Source: a virus (Duplodnaviria; Caudoviricetes). Taken from it: a stretch of DNA of 31,307 nt. A model generated the notes under the pieces. That model saw only the letters and a list, made by a program, of their open reading frames with translations. It searched no databases and had not been told where the DNA came from. The stretch is taken from positions 1-31,307 of IMG/VR virus record IMGVR_UViG_3300005764_000055; one strand, given 5' to 3'. Numbering within the stretch: the stretch's first letter is position 1; each line of letters starts with the position of its first letter. Positions 1 to 8,900 of this stretch are shown piece after piece. The position numbers were made by a program, and so were the translations under genes.

Positions 1-20
1 CCATTGGTCCTTTTTATCAA

Positions 21-596
21 ATGAATCGCGACCAAGTACTGCAGGCTGCGGTGTTGTCACTGATCCTTGGAGCCGAGCGCAATCTGGCCCATGCAGCCCA
101 AGGCAGTCACCGCCCGCTATCAGAAGACTACGAGGCACTGGGCATTTTCGGCGAATGCAAGTTCGCATCTGACTTCGGGCTGCGAGTAGATAGAACGCTG
201 CGACTAGGCGGCGATGACGGCATCGACTTTCACACTGGGCTGGGCACCGTGGATGTAAAGACGGCGAGAAAGCCGGGCAATCTGATCGTAGAGACCACCA
301 AGATTGAGCGCGCTGCCGACATCCTTGTGCTCTGCAAGTTTTCTGGGTTCACGATAGAGCCGGAACTGCTGGGCTGGGAAGTGCGCGCTGCCTTAGCTGC
401 AGCACCCACACGCGATTTCGGTTATGGAGTAATCAATCACTACATTCCTGCGGAATCCCTGCGGCCCATGAAACAGCTACACGATCTGATGGCGAGAGCA
501 AATCAGCCGAGCGATGAGATGGGGCGCTGCCATCGTCATGGCGATTACGCGGGCTTGACTTGTTTGCTGTGCGAGGTAGAAACAGCGGTTTGGTAG
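21..596 (+). CDS. Hypothetical phage protein, possible PD-(D/E)xK nuclease fold, C-terminal Cys/His cluster
   Basis: E..GE...GDDGIDF...VDVKT pattern; C-terminal CHRH...CLLC. Confidence 0.55.
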   Translation: MNRDQVLQAAVLSLILGAERNLAHAAQGSHRPLSEDYEALGIFGECKFASDFGLRVDRTLRLGGDDGIDFHTGLGTVDVKTARKPGNLIVETTKIERAADILVLCKFSGFTIEPELLGWEVRAALAAAPTRDFGYGVINHYIPAESLRPMKQLHDLMARANQPSDEMGRCHRHGDYAGLTCLLCEVETAVW

Positions 597-613
597 AAGG
601 GAGCAGGATCACA

Positions 614-835
614 ATGAGTCTCTATGAGGGCAACCTCTCAGTCGCCGAATTTGCGAAGTATCTAAATTGCCATCCAAGGACGGCGCGCCGGATACTGCTC
701 CGATATTCCCATCTTCTGGTGGACCTCTCAAAAAAAAGCCGCTCGCGGTTTGGACCGATCAAGCGGCATCATGCTTTCTGGCGCATCCCGCGATCTGTTG
801 CGGAACGCATTTATCGCGATCTTATCGGCGACTAG
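614..835 (+). CDS. xis: Excisionase-like helix-turn-helix protein (73 aa)
   Basis: LSVAEFAKYLNCHPRTARR MerR-type HTH and WRIP wing; basic; convergent with and overlapping the integrase 3' end; ATG 614 follows GCAGGA. Confidence 0.7.
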   Translation: MSLYEGNLSVAEFAKYLNCHPRTARRILLRYSHLLVDLSKKSRSRFGPIKRHHAFWRIPRSVAERIYRDLIGD

Positions 836-2219
836 CGCGCTGCCGAACTCGCACTCTGATGTGGTGCTCCGGTTCTGGCGGCGCAGGTGCTTCCGGCTTG
901 GCAACACCCGGCGCATTTTGTGCTGCCCATCGGGCGCGAACTTCAGTGTTCAACCGCTCTGCTTCGTTTGGCATGAATCCCGCATAATGCTTCTCGGTGG
1001 TCGCGGGTCGCGTGTGTCCGAGGAGTAACTGCAGGTCGCGAATGTCGCCGCCAGTCTGCAGCCAATGGTGCGCGAAGGTATGGCGGAACATATGCGAGTG
1101 TGGTGAGACTGGTTTCTGATGACCATCCACGACCGGAGTCGGCCACTTTACCAGCTTCCACAATCGAGAGAACATTCGGTTGTAGTCACCAACCAGTGCC
1201 CGAGGTTTCGCACTACCAGACCAAAAGAAGTACTCCGGGTTGTCGTTCTTCAGGGCATTGAGGTCTTCAAGAACCTTCGGCGGCAATGGAACAGTTACAG
1301 GGGTTCCGGTTTTTGCACGATGCACCTGCAGCACGCCGTCCTTAATCTTCCAGCGGGGCAGCGTGAGCGCATCGCGAATCGCGAGACCGCTCCAGCGCTG
1401 CAACTGAATCAAGGCTCGCAAGCGGGCTGCAGCATCGCGAAAACGATTCGAGTTTTCGTAGATGTACGTCGCGTCGAGAATCGCATTGTACTGAGCTTCA
1501 GTGAACGGCACCGCAGTGACCTCATGCTTGCCGCCAATTTTTCCAAGACCGAGCGCCGGATTGTTGTTGAGATCGAGCCACTTCATTTCTTCACATACCC
1601 AAGTGAAGAAGGTTTTGATCTGGTTCTGTTTTTTCTGCTTCGAGGTCTTCCGCTTATCGGGCCATGCAGCACGCCACTCCTTCAGGAGTCGCGGCGTGAT
1701 TTCACCGAGGGCGAACACGCGCTGGCTGTGTGCATAGTCACGCATCTGTTCGACGGCGCATTCGTATGCTTCCAGAGTCTCAGGTGCGAGTCCTCGTTGC
1801 TCGCAATCCATGATGTACTTTTCTAATGCAGTCTGGATCAGAACCGTTTCGTACTCGCGCTTTTTTTCGAGTTCCGCAATCTTGCGCTTCACTGGATCAC
1901 GCGAGTCCATGATGCGCTGCGCTTCCGCTTCCGCCTTGGAGCGAATGTTCGTGCGAGCCGTGCAACGTTTACGGCTGAGCTTGTCGTACAGCCAAAAGGG
2001 GCACCCGCATTTCTCATTGCTCTCACGGTCGGTGTACTTGCAGTCGATGTGGCGCACGTACACCGCAACGTCAGTGCTACGGTTGCTGATTTCGGCAGCA
2101 GTCGCTTGGATGACTGCCGGGATTTTAATTGGCTTGATTTTTTCTGGTGCAGGGGCTGCGGCTGCAGCTGCCCGCTCGCGCATTGCCTGCTGCTCGAAAG
2201 CCAGTTCGGCTGAGTTCAT
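822..2219 (-). CDS. int: Tyrosine integrase
   Basis: RAKTG (K), HSHMFRHTF (HxxR), LLGH, KHYA (Y); N-terminal YVRH-x2-C...CGCPFW domain; AGGAG RBS; adjacent to attP. Confidence 0.95.
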   Translation of the reverse strand: MNSAELAFEQQAMRERAAAAAAPAPEKIKPIKIPAVIQATAAEISNRSTDVAVYVRHIDCKYTDRESNEKCGCPFWLYDKLSRKRCTARTNIRSKAEAEAQRIMDSRDPVKRKIAELEKKREYETVLIQTALEKYIMDCEQRGLAPETLEAYECAVEQMRDYAHSQRVFALGEITPRLLKEWRAAWPDKRKTSKQKKQNQIKTFFTWVCEEMKWLDLNNNPALGLGKIGGKHEVTAVPFTEAQYNAILDATYIYENSNRFRDAAARLRALIQLQRWSGLAIRDALTLPRWKIKDGVLQVHRAKTGTPVTVPLPPKVLEDLNALKNDNPEYFFWSGSAKPRALVGDYNRMFSRLWKLVKWPTPVVDGHQKPVSPHSHMFRHTFAHHWLQTGGDIRDLQLLLGHTRPATTEKHYAGFMPNEAERLNTEVRARWAAQNAPGVAKPEAPAPPEPEHHIRVRVRQRASRR

Positions 2220-2254
2220 TCGCTGTGCTCCTACAGGTGATTCCTGTCAAAAAC

Positions 2255-2283
2255 AGTATAACTTTGTGTACAGCTATTGTACA
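2255..2283 (-). promoter_or_regulatory. Possible integrase promoter overlapping an arm-type repeat
   Basis: Minus strand TGTACA-17 nt-TATACT; the -35 match is weak. Confidence 0.35.
2264..2283. repeat. Putative integrase arm-type site (left copy)
   Basis: TTGTGTACAGCTATTGTACA; 18/20 identical to 2435-2454; each copy contains two TGTACA units. Confidence 0.7.
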
Positions 2284-2331
2284 GTCTTTTGTGGTATGCG
2301 CTGAAAGCCTTGCTGGACGCGGGTTTCGGGG

Positions 2332-2355
2332 TGGTGGAGCTAGTCGGGATCGAAC
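2332..2355 (-). other. attP: attP core: 3' 24 nt of a tRNA-Ala gene
   Basis: Minus strand GTTCGATCCCGACTAGCTCCACCA = T-loop, 3' T-stem, Ala-type acceptor strand TAGCTCC-A-CCA; the 5' part of the tRNA is absent. Confidence 0.88.
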
Positions 2356-2404
2356 GCAGGTGCACTGCGCCTATTCAGTAACCTGCACATTACGCAAAGG
2401 GCAT

Positions 2405-2430
2405 GATGGACACGATGGACACGATGGTAC
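2405..2430. repeat. 9-bp tandem repeat in attP, possible Xis-binding sites
   Basis: GATGGACAC GATGGACAC GATGGTAC between the core and the right arm repeat. Confidence 0.5.
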
Positions 2431-2434
2431 AGAG

Positions 2435-2454
2435 TTGTGTACAGCCTTTGTACA
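2435..2454. repeat. Putative integrase arm-type site (right copy)
   Basis: TTGTGTACAGCCTTTGTACA, direct repeat of 2264-2283. Confidence 0.7.
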
Positions 2455-2455
2455 C

Positions 2456-2490
2456 AAAAATAGTGGGGCTACCCAGCGAAGGCAGCCCCA
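2456..2490 (-). terminator. Rho-independent terminator
   Basis: Minus strand TGGGGCTGCC-TTCGCTG-GGTAGCCCCA (10 bp, one G-U) followed by CTATTTTT. Confidence 0.7.
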
Positions 2491-2532
2491 AGGAGCACAG
2501 CGATCCAGCCTTACGGTAGGAGTCGCTTTGCG
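2456..2532 (-). ncRNA. Candidate structured small RNA antisense to the integrase RBS
   Basis: Bounded by a TATAAT promoter and a terminator; hairpin with GUAA tetraloop; 2491-2503 is the exact reverse complement of 2220-2232. Confidence 0.5.
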
Positions 2533-2538
2533 GGTTCG

Positions 2539-2566
2539 ATTATACCCCATCCATCACCTCATGCAA
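2539..2566 (-). promoter_or_regulatory. Sigma70-type promoter pointing toward attP
   Basis: Minus strand TTGCAT-16 nt-TATAAT. Confidence 0.6.
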
Positions 2567-2581
2567 ATCTGTCTCCGTTCT

Positions 2582-2590
2582 TGCTATAGT
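2582..2590 (+). promoter_or_regulatory. Extended -10 promoter, probable leaderless mRNA
   Basis: TGcTATAGT ends 7 nt before ATG 2598; no SD. Confidence 0.55.
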
Positions 2591-2597
2591 ACGCGCA

Positions 2598-2999
2598 ATG
2601 GGATTCGGGAATTACATCCTCGACGACGATGGCAATCCCAAGCTGGAGCGCGACACGCTGAAGTGGGCGCAGTGGTTTGAGACTTGTGACCGCATCGTGC
2701 AGCAAGATCATATCGGGGATGCGTTCGTGAGCACGGTGTTTCTCGGTCTCGATCACAACTACTCGAACGAGGGTCCACCTGTGCTCTGGGAGACAATGAT
2801 CTTTCAGGGCGGGAAGGATGTAACTCTCCCTAGCGGCAGAGTACTCCATTTGAAAGAGGAACAGTGGATGGATCGGTACACGTCGAAGGACGATGCCATC
2901 GCCGGGCACATGCGGGCGTGCGAACTGGTGAAGCAATCGCAAAGGGATTTGATCGAACTGGAGCGCATGGCAGAGGCAGGAGGCTGGACGAAGAAGTGA
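2598..2999 (+). CDS. Conserved hypothetical phage protein
   Basis: VSTVFLGLDH...PVLWETMIF...RY motif recalled from uncharacterised phage proteins. Confidence 0.8.
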   Translation: MGFGNYILDDDGNPKLERDTLKWAQWFETCDRIVQQDHIGDAFVSTVFLGLDHNYSNEGPPVLWETMIFQGGKDVTLPSGRVLHLKEEQWMDRYTSKDDAIAGHMRACELVKQSQRDLIELERMAEAGGWTKK

Positions 3000-3652
3000 A
3001 TGAGAAATTAACACGCGAAGACTTGAAGGTGCTGCAACAGATCATCGCGGAGGCGGTGGTGAAGGGTGGCGTCGAGCGAATCATCACGCAAGATATTTTA
3101 AAGGAGCGCTGTTCGCACTATATGCAGATTGCGAAGCAGGAACTGGAGGCGTGCGGGCCAGAGGAGTCGAGCGACGAGAGCAAATTTTGCACCACGTTGA
3201 CGGTCTTTGGAGCGCGGGGCGAAGAAGCTCCAACGGTGCGTATCGGATTCAAGGGCACGGCAGAAAAGCACGCGCACATGTACGCAGTATCGGAGATGTG
3301 CAGGACGATTCTCGCGCAGGCGATCATCATACGAATGGTGGGCACAACGGTCGATACCGACGAGATTGCGAAGGTGATGGAATTGAACCCTCCGCGCACC
3401 TCGCAGCAGGCCGACTACTTCCACGAGAAAATGCGCAAGTGGATGAAGCGGACCTACAACACTGACCGCTTCGCGGGTCTGCCGCTGGAGTTGCGCAACG
3501 ATTTCATCATTGTGAGCGGCATGGGACCAAAGGTAGAAGACTGTGGGGTGATCTGTATGTACCGCTGGGAGAATGGCAAGTTGATCTTTGAGCCCGAGCG
3601 GATGGAGGCGATGGAGATGCGCAACGAGATGGTGCCGAGATGGTGGCAATGA
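2996..3652 (+). CDS. Hypothetical protein
   Basis: Long ORF; likely GTG start in a GTGA overlap with the upstream stop. Confidence 0.7.
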   Translation: MNEKLTREDLKVLQQIIAEAVVKGGVERIITQDILKERCSHYMQIAKQELEACGPEESSDESKFCTTLTVFGARGEEAPTVRIGFKGTAEKHAHMYAVSEMCRTILAQAIIIRMVGTTVDTDEIAKVMELNPPRTSQQADYFHEKMRKWMKRTYNTDRFAGLPLELRNDFIIVSGMGPKVEDCGVICMYRWENGKLIFEPERMEAMEMRNEMVPRWWQ

Positions 3653-3993
3653 GAGATGACGGCAAGCTGAAGGTTTTTGGGTTTACACATCCTGATCTGG
3701 AAGAGATTCCTATTCCGATTGGTAAGCACTGCGAGCACTGCGACGAGCCGATTGAAGGCGGCGAGCCCGGCTTTAGCATGATCCACATCGACGAACATAA
3801 ACTTCGCCGAATCTATGAACACCGCGAGTGCTTCCTGCGCGGGATTTTCGGCTCCGTCGCGCACATCGAGCGGCGTTGCAGCTGCTTCGTGCCGGGATCA
3901 ACATGTCTGGACCCTGAAGGCATGACGCCGCGACAGGCGGCGAAGGCTGCGCTGGAAGCGTATGAGAGGAACAATGGAAGAATGGTTCGTTAA
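3649..3993 (+). CDS. Hypothetical Cys/His-rich (Zn-binding) protein
   Basis: CEHC...HREC...H...CSC; ATGA overlap. Confidence 0.7.
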   Translation: MRDDGKLKVFGFTHPDLEEIPIPIGKHCEHCDEPIEGGEPGFSMIHIDEHKLRRIYEHRECFLRGIFGSVAHIERRCSCFVPGSTCLDPEGMTPRQAAKAALEAYERNNGRMVR

Positions 3994-4219
3994 GTTTTAC
4001 GACCACCTCGCGCAGCACGCTTTGCACGAGCACACTCCGTGGGAAATCGGGCGCATGATCCATGAAGCGCTGGAGATCGCGGAAGCAGAGAAGTATGCGA
4101 CCGAGAAGTCGCGCTTCCAGTTTGTCCTGAGTGGCGCGAATGCGCGCGACCTCCGTGAGATCAAGGCATGTCTGACACCGTTCGAGAATTCCATCGTGGA
4201 GTTGAAATGCCGGGACTGA
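3974..4219 (+). CDS. Hypothetical protein
   Basis: GAGAGGA before ATG 3974; operon continuity. Confidence 0.55.
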   Translation: MEEWFVKFYDHLAQHALHEHTPWEIGRMIHEALEIAEAEKYATEKSRFQFVLSGANARDLREIKACLTPFENSIVELKCRD

Positions 4220-4220
4220 G

Positions 4221-4252
4221 ACCCCCTGTCAAAATTGACAGTACCCCCTGTC
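4221..4252. promoter_or_regulatory. Operator-like palindrome plus direct repeat
   Basis: CTGTCAA-AA-TTGACAG (4226-4241); ACCCCCTGTC at 4221 and 4243. Confidence 0.45.
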
Positions 4253-4276
4253 TGATTTCCCAGTTGATATTGCCGA

Positions 4277-4507
4277 ATGAGCTTTCATGGTCAAAGGGTC
4301 CGCATTACTACTACCGGGCGCACAGTCGAGGGTATCGTGCTCTTGGGTTCCGACAATCGCAGGAGTCTAATGCTCAGCTTCGAGGCAGTCCTCGACGGCA
4401 GCGTGGGCATGATGCCAGTGCTATGCGATGAAGAAGATTGCAGCAAACCCTGCCGCTATCGCAATCTCATCACCGACCACGAAGTACATATTGAGTGGAT
4501 GGATTAG
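4277..4507 (+). CDS. Hypothetical protein (small beta-rich)
   Basis: ORF fills the gap and converges on the next gene. Confidence 0.65.
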   Translation: MSFHGQRVRITTTGRTVEGIVLLGSDNRRSLMLSFEAVLDGSVGMMPVLCDEEDCSKPCRYRNLITDHEVHIEWMD

Positions 4508-4740
4508 CTCATCGTTTTCAGGATGTCGCCCATCGCCTTCACGAAGCCTCTGCCTAGCCGCGTGAGGTGATCGCCATGTCCATCCTCAATCAGATTTCGA
4601 TCAAGCAATTCCTCCTTCTCTTTCGGCGAGATGTCAGGTAGGGGGCCACTGTTATAGAACAGCACTCGCAGGTAATGGAACTGCGTAATGGTGAGGTGGA
4701 TTGCGGACAAGTATTCGTTGCTGGGTAACAACGGGACCAT
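4504..4740 (-). CDS. Hypothetical protein (78 aa), possible winged-helix
   Basis: AGGGAG RBS before ATG 4740; L.DRNLI...LTRLGR wing-like motif. Confidence 0.6.
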   Translation of the reverse strand: MVPLLPSNEYLSAIHLTITQFHYLRVLFYNSGPLPDISPKEKEELLDRNLIEDGHGDHLTRLGRGFVKAMGDILKTMS

Positions 4741-4942
4741 CGCTTGCTCCCTGTGTATAAAATTCGACGTGGCGCAGGGTCCGCACTTCGATTTGTTCCA
4801 TGTCAGGAACGAAAGGTTGCTCTTAGTTGCGAATCCTATCACATTCTGGAAATCGTCTGAATCGAGCTTACATCCTTTACAACAGACCTGCCCCCTCTGG
4901 CGCAAGTTGGCGCTACCCAAAAAATCTTTGTTTCTGTTTTGA

Positions 4943-4971
4943 TTGACAAGCTATGCGCGCTGTTTCATCCT
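4943..4971 (+). promoter_or_regulatory. Putative promoter
   Basis: TTGACA-17 nt-CATCCT upstream of the 5033 gene. Confidence 0.4.
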
Positions 4972-5032
4972 AGGAACACTAAACTGGGAGATGGTTCCCG
5001 GTTACTGCTTGGGAGAAACGAGGTGCGGGCGT

Positions 5033-5482
5033 ATGGAACAGGAACCAAAAAGGGAACCGATGTCGAAAGCGATTGCGTCCCTAGAAAAAACGCTGGAAGA
5101 GATAGACGAGCAGCATGCGCGGGATCGGGCGGAGCTTCTGCGTGCGATTGAAAACCTGAAAAAACTAAAGCCCTCGGAAGGCAAGAAGGGGCGAGCACGG
5201 AACGGGAACGGGAATCACGCACTGGGAGTTGCGAACGGACGTTGGCGGGGAATGAGTATCAGGGATTCGGTGCAGGCATTTCTCTCGAACTTCGATGAGC
5301 CTGTGCCCTTCGATACTTTAATGACTGCACTGCGGGCGGGCGGTGTGGAGATGGGCGATCCAGCGAAACCGAACCGCTACGTTGCGAACGTCAAGACAAC
5401 GGTCATCAACAATCGCAAGTGGTTTCGGTATAACAAGCGGAAAGACACAGTGGAGTTGGTTGTAGCGGCTGGTGCCAACTAG
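5033..5482 (+). CDS. Putative DNA-binding regulator (N-terminal coiled coil, C-terminal winged helix)
   Basis: GAGGT RBS; heptad N-terminus, basic linker, SIRDSVQAFL...LMTALRAGG. Confidence 0.65.
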   Translation: MEQEPKREPMSKAIASLEKTLEEIDEQHARDRAELLRAIENLKKLKPSEGKKGRARNGNGNHALGVANGRWRGMSIRDSVQAFLSNFDEPVPFDTLMTALRAGGVEMGDPAKPNRYVANVKTTVINNRKWFRYNKRKDTVELVVAAGAN

Positions 5483-5775
5483 TCGAGCGTGGTGCCCGGC
5501 ATGGTTCGCGGTCTGCGATAGAGGGGGATCATTCCGCTTCCCCCTCGATTCATTCCCCACGGATTCATTGGACTCTGCCCTGTAGGGAACGCGGCCTGTC
5601 CCGGCTGCAGGGATTTTCCCATGCTGGGCGTCATGGGCTTCATCGCCTGCAGGGGCTGCATGGGTCGCAGGTTGGGCTGGTTGGCTGGAGCCTGTATCTG
5701 GGCAACGGCATTATTGCCTAAGCCATTGCCCATCAGGCCGGGTGTGGGAAATGCTTTTGCTGCTCCGGCTCCCAT
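5479..5775 (-). CDS. Low-complexity Pro/Met/Gln/Gly-rich protein, last late gene
   Basis: GAGGA RBS; begins MGAG. Confidence 0.65.
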   Translation of the reverse strand: MGAGAAKAFPTPGLMGNGLGNNAVAQIQAPANQPNLRPMQPLQAMKPMTPSMGKSLQPGQAAFPTGQSPMNPWGMNRGGSGMIPLYRRPRTMPGTTLD

Positions 5776-5781
5776 GATTCC

Positions 5782-5928
5782 TCAATGAATGCGCGGGGTG
5801 TTGCTTCTGACCTTCGCAGCCCACCGCTGCGGATTGCGCGCCCTGAGTTGATCGTCTTCGCGCGCCTGTGCGAGTGCCTTCGCTACACGGTCAGAGATCG
5901 GGTTATCGCTGCCCGATTTCCGAGGCAA
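5782..5928 (-). CDS. Possible 48-aa protein (TTG start)
   Basis: Open frame fills the operon gap; helical-looking RVAKALAQAREDDQLR; start uncertain. Confidence 0.35.
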   Translation of the reverse strand: MPRKSGSDNPISDRVAKALAQAREDDQLRARNPQRWAAKVRSNTPRIH

Positions 5929-8900
5929 CTGCGTCCCTGATTTGAGGATAGATTTCCTTAAAAACGGTATCGGCGTTTTCACCTTGCGTGATCCTTTTTC
6001 CAGCGTCTTCGAGGATACGGCCAACTGGGCCAGATTTATATTGCACTTTCTGGTAGTGCTCGGCAAGCGCGGCGGAAATCATTGCTTCCTGCGAGGACTC
6101 CTCCACATTGACGATGTTCTTTCCCCGCTCCAGTGCGACGCGCCGCGCCTGATCGGCATTGGCGATAAACTTCAGCGCGTTCTTATCGGCAGCGAGGGCG
6201 CGCTCGATCTTGGTGGAGAGGCGTCCGGTAGCAATCGCGTTCGAGACCGAGGTCTCGCTCGGGCCGAATAGCCCCATCTCGGAATGACTGGTATTGCCCT
6301 GCTGTTGAATCCTGCGCGCCTGCTGCTGGAGATCGGCAGCACTCAGGCGGCGATTCTTCGCGACCTCGGCGAGGGCCTTCTGCTGTGCCGGATCATCGAG
6401 GCTTCCGATAGCAGCGGCCTTGGCTTCGTCGATTTGCCCTGTGCGATATTGCTCCCACATCTCGGGCGAGAGGTTCGCGAGCGTGCTGCCCTTACGCAGT
6501 ACATCGCCTGTGAGGTTGATGCCCCTCTCGGCGAGGTGCTGCGGCTTGATGCCGGATTCGCGCAGGTAGAGGGCTGCATCGAAGGGCGAAGCATTGCCCT
6601 GCTCCAGATTGCGCAGCGCGCCGTATGTCTTCGCCTCTTGCGCATTCGCGAAGTCGTGCGCCCGTACTTCCACCTCCGGCGTTCCTGTATTGATCGCGTG
6701 ATTCAGCCTGTGGTGTCCGTCGACGATATAGAGCTTGCCGTCTGCCGGATCGCGCCATACGTCAATCGGTCCCGCCTTCGCTTGATCCCATGCCGCGCCT
6801 TCGGGAATCGTAGCTCGCGGCACGGCGCGCCACTGGAAGCGCTTTGGGTCTGCGTGGAGATCGGCGGTCTTGACAAGTCGCACCTGTGAGGGTCTGCCGA
6901 TTTCATCCGGCTCGGGTGCGGCTCCTCCCGGCGCGAACATTTCATTTTGTGGGCTGGCTTCGCTGCCTCGGAATAACGGCGAGTTTCGCTCCATCTCGCC
7001 AGCTGCAGACTCGACCGAGCGCGGCGGCTCGGTCATCTGCTCGGTCATCTGCCTACCCTGCTCCTCGGCAGCTGCTTGTGCGCGCTCGGCGGGAATGTGC
7101 TCCATGCCGGGCAGTGTTGGCTCACTAGGCGGAGCTACTTCTTTGGCGGCTTCGGCTGTTCCTCTCGGGCTTTCTTCTCCCGCTCCCACTGTTCCCGGTT
7201 CTCCCGGTACAACTTCGCTCGACGGTCCCCCTCCAGTCCCGACTCGTGCAGTTTCTTGAAGTCCTCCTCGGTCCAATTCTCGTCCATGTCCCCCATTGTC
7301 GAGACCCCCCTTCTCCCGGTGTTTCCGGTAAAGAACATCATCAGTAATTTTACCATCCTTATGCACGGTTGTGTATGTGGTCCGGGTCACATCTTCCGCG
7401 CCCTTGGCGTTCGCCATGCGCAGACTATGCTCGTCTGGAATACCGGATTCCGCGATGGCATGGTAGGCAGCTGCAGCGCCACGATGGGCTGGCTCGGCGA
7501 CATGCGGAGGAACCCAGCGACCCCACTCTCCCGTCTTAGTGAATGGTTTTTCAAAGCGGTTCGCCATCGACTTCGCGGCAGCTGCAAAATCCTTATCGAC
7601 GTAATGCACTTCGACGCGATAGCCACGATCCTTAAACTCTTGCATCGTCCTCATCATCTTCTTGGCGTTCGACCCTACCGTGTCAATGATGACGCTCTGC
7701 TTTCTGCGCAGCGCCTCGTTCTGAATCTGCTTGGAGAGATCACTTGACTCTTCATGCATTCGCGCAGCCGCGCCGAGAGGATCGGACTCTCGGAGGTACT
7801 TCGCTTCCGGCAGACCTTCAATGCCCTTTTTCTCATCACCATTCTTGAGTACGTCGGCGTCAATCGTCCGAATGCCCGGATACTTCGCTTCCATCTCTTT
7901 TCCAAGCGATTCGGTCTTGCCGGATGCTGCCCCGCCGCCTTGGAAGATCACTACGGGGTTCTCTTCTGGTCCCTTGTCCGGGCCGAGTACCTGCAGTTCC
8001 CGGTCCTTGTGCATCTGTTTGCGTTCCGGGGTGTATTCTCCATTGACCTGCGATGCTTCCCTCGTATCCAAACCAGACTCTCCCTTGCGGTCGGGTGACT
8101 GGCTTATACCGTGCAGGTGTTCCGGCTCTAATTCGGGCGTGTAAGAGCGGTTACGAATCTCGTCATAGGTCGCTCGGTCAACGTTGCCCTTCCGCAGTTG
8201 CGATACGGCTTCCGCTGTCGCCGCATTCCGTGCAGCCTTGCGCTCCGGGGTGCTGGTGTAGGTCTTAGGTGCCTGTTCCGGCGCTTTGGGAACCTCTGGG
8301 GCGACGTTCTCTGAGGGGGCAGGGGTCTGCCTTGCTCCCTCTTGGAATGCCTGCACGCCCTCGGGAGAGACGCCCGGCATCTCGACTGGCGGTGCGCCGG
8401 GCGCTGCTGGCTGGACCTGCGCCTGTCGGAATAGTGGCAGGTTCGGAGTCGGCGGTTCGGTTGGTGTAGCACTGGGCGGAACTGGCGGCGTCGCCTGCGC
8501 TGGCACGTTCGTCCCGCCCGTGAACTGGATCGGTGCCTGCCCTGCGCCCGTCCACGGTGGGACGTTCGCGGGGTTCGCTGGCGGGATACTTCCGAATCCG
8601 GCTGCAGCCTGTGCGATTGGCGAGGGTGCGGGCGGTGCGCCTGCGGGAGTCGTGCGCCGGAAGGCTTCGCCCACGAGGTAATTGCGATTATTCAGCTGCG
8701 CGGCCTTTGACCCATACCATGCTTGTGCGCCGCCTTTCGCTATTTGTGGCAAGCCTGTTTCTGGGTGTCCGGTAACAGTCTGCCACACGCCTCCGGCAAG
8801 GTTGCCAACTCCGGCCATCTTGCCTAGACCGCCGAACAGGCCAACTGGCGAGGGGCGCTCCGCCACGTTGCGGCTCCGGTCGAGAATGTCCTCCATCGCC

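Noticed and set aside
2300-2410. Complete tRNA gene
   Set aside because: Only the 3' 24 nt match; the 5' T-stem strand (needs GTCGG, found CTGCG) and the other arms are missing, so it is an att core
2264-2454. CRISPR mini-array
   Set aside because: Only two 20-bp copies, 151 bp apart, surrounding an att core; no cas genes
5950-5975. Programmed -1 frameshift at GTTTTTAAG near the end of the giant gene
   Set aside because: Not an XXXYYYZ heptamer, and the downstream open frame is +1
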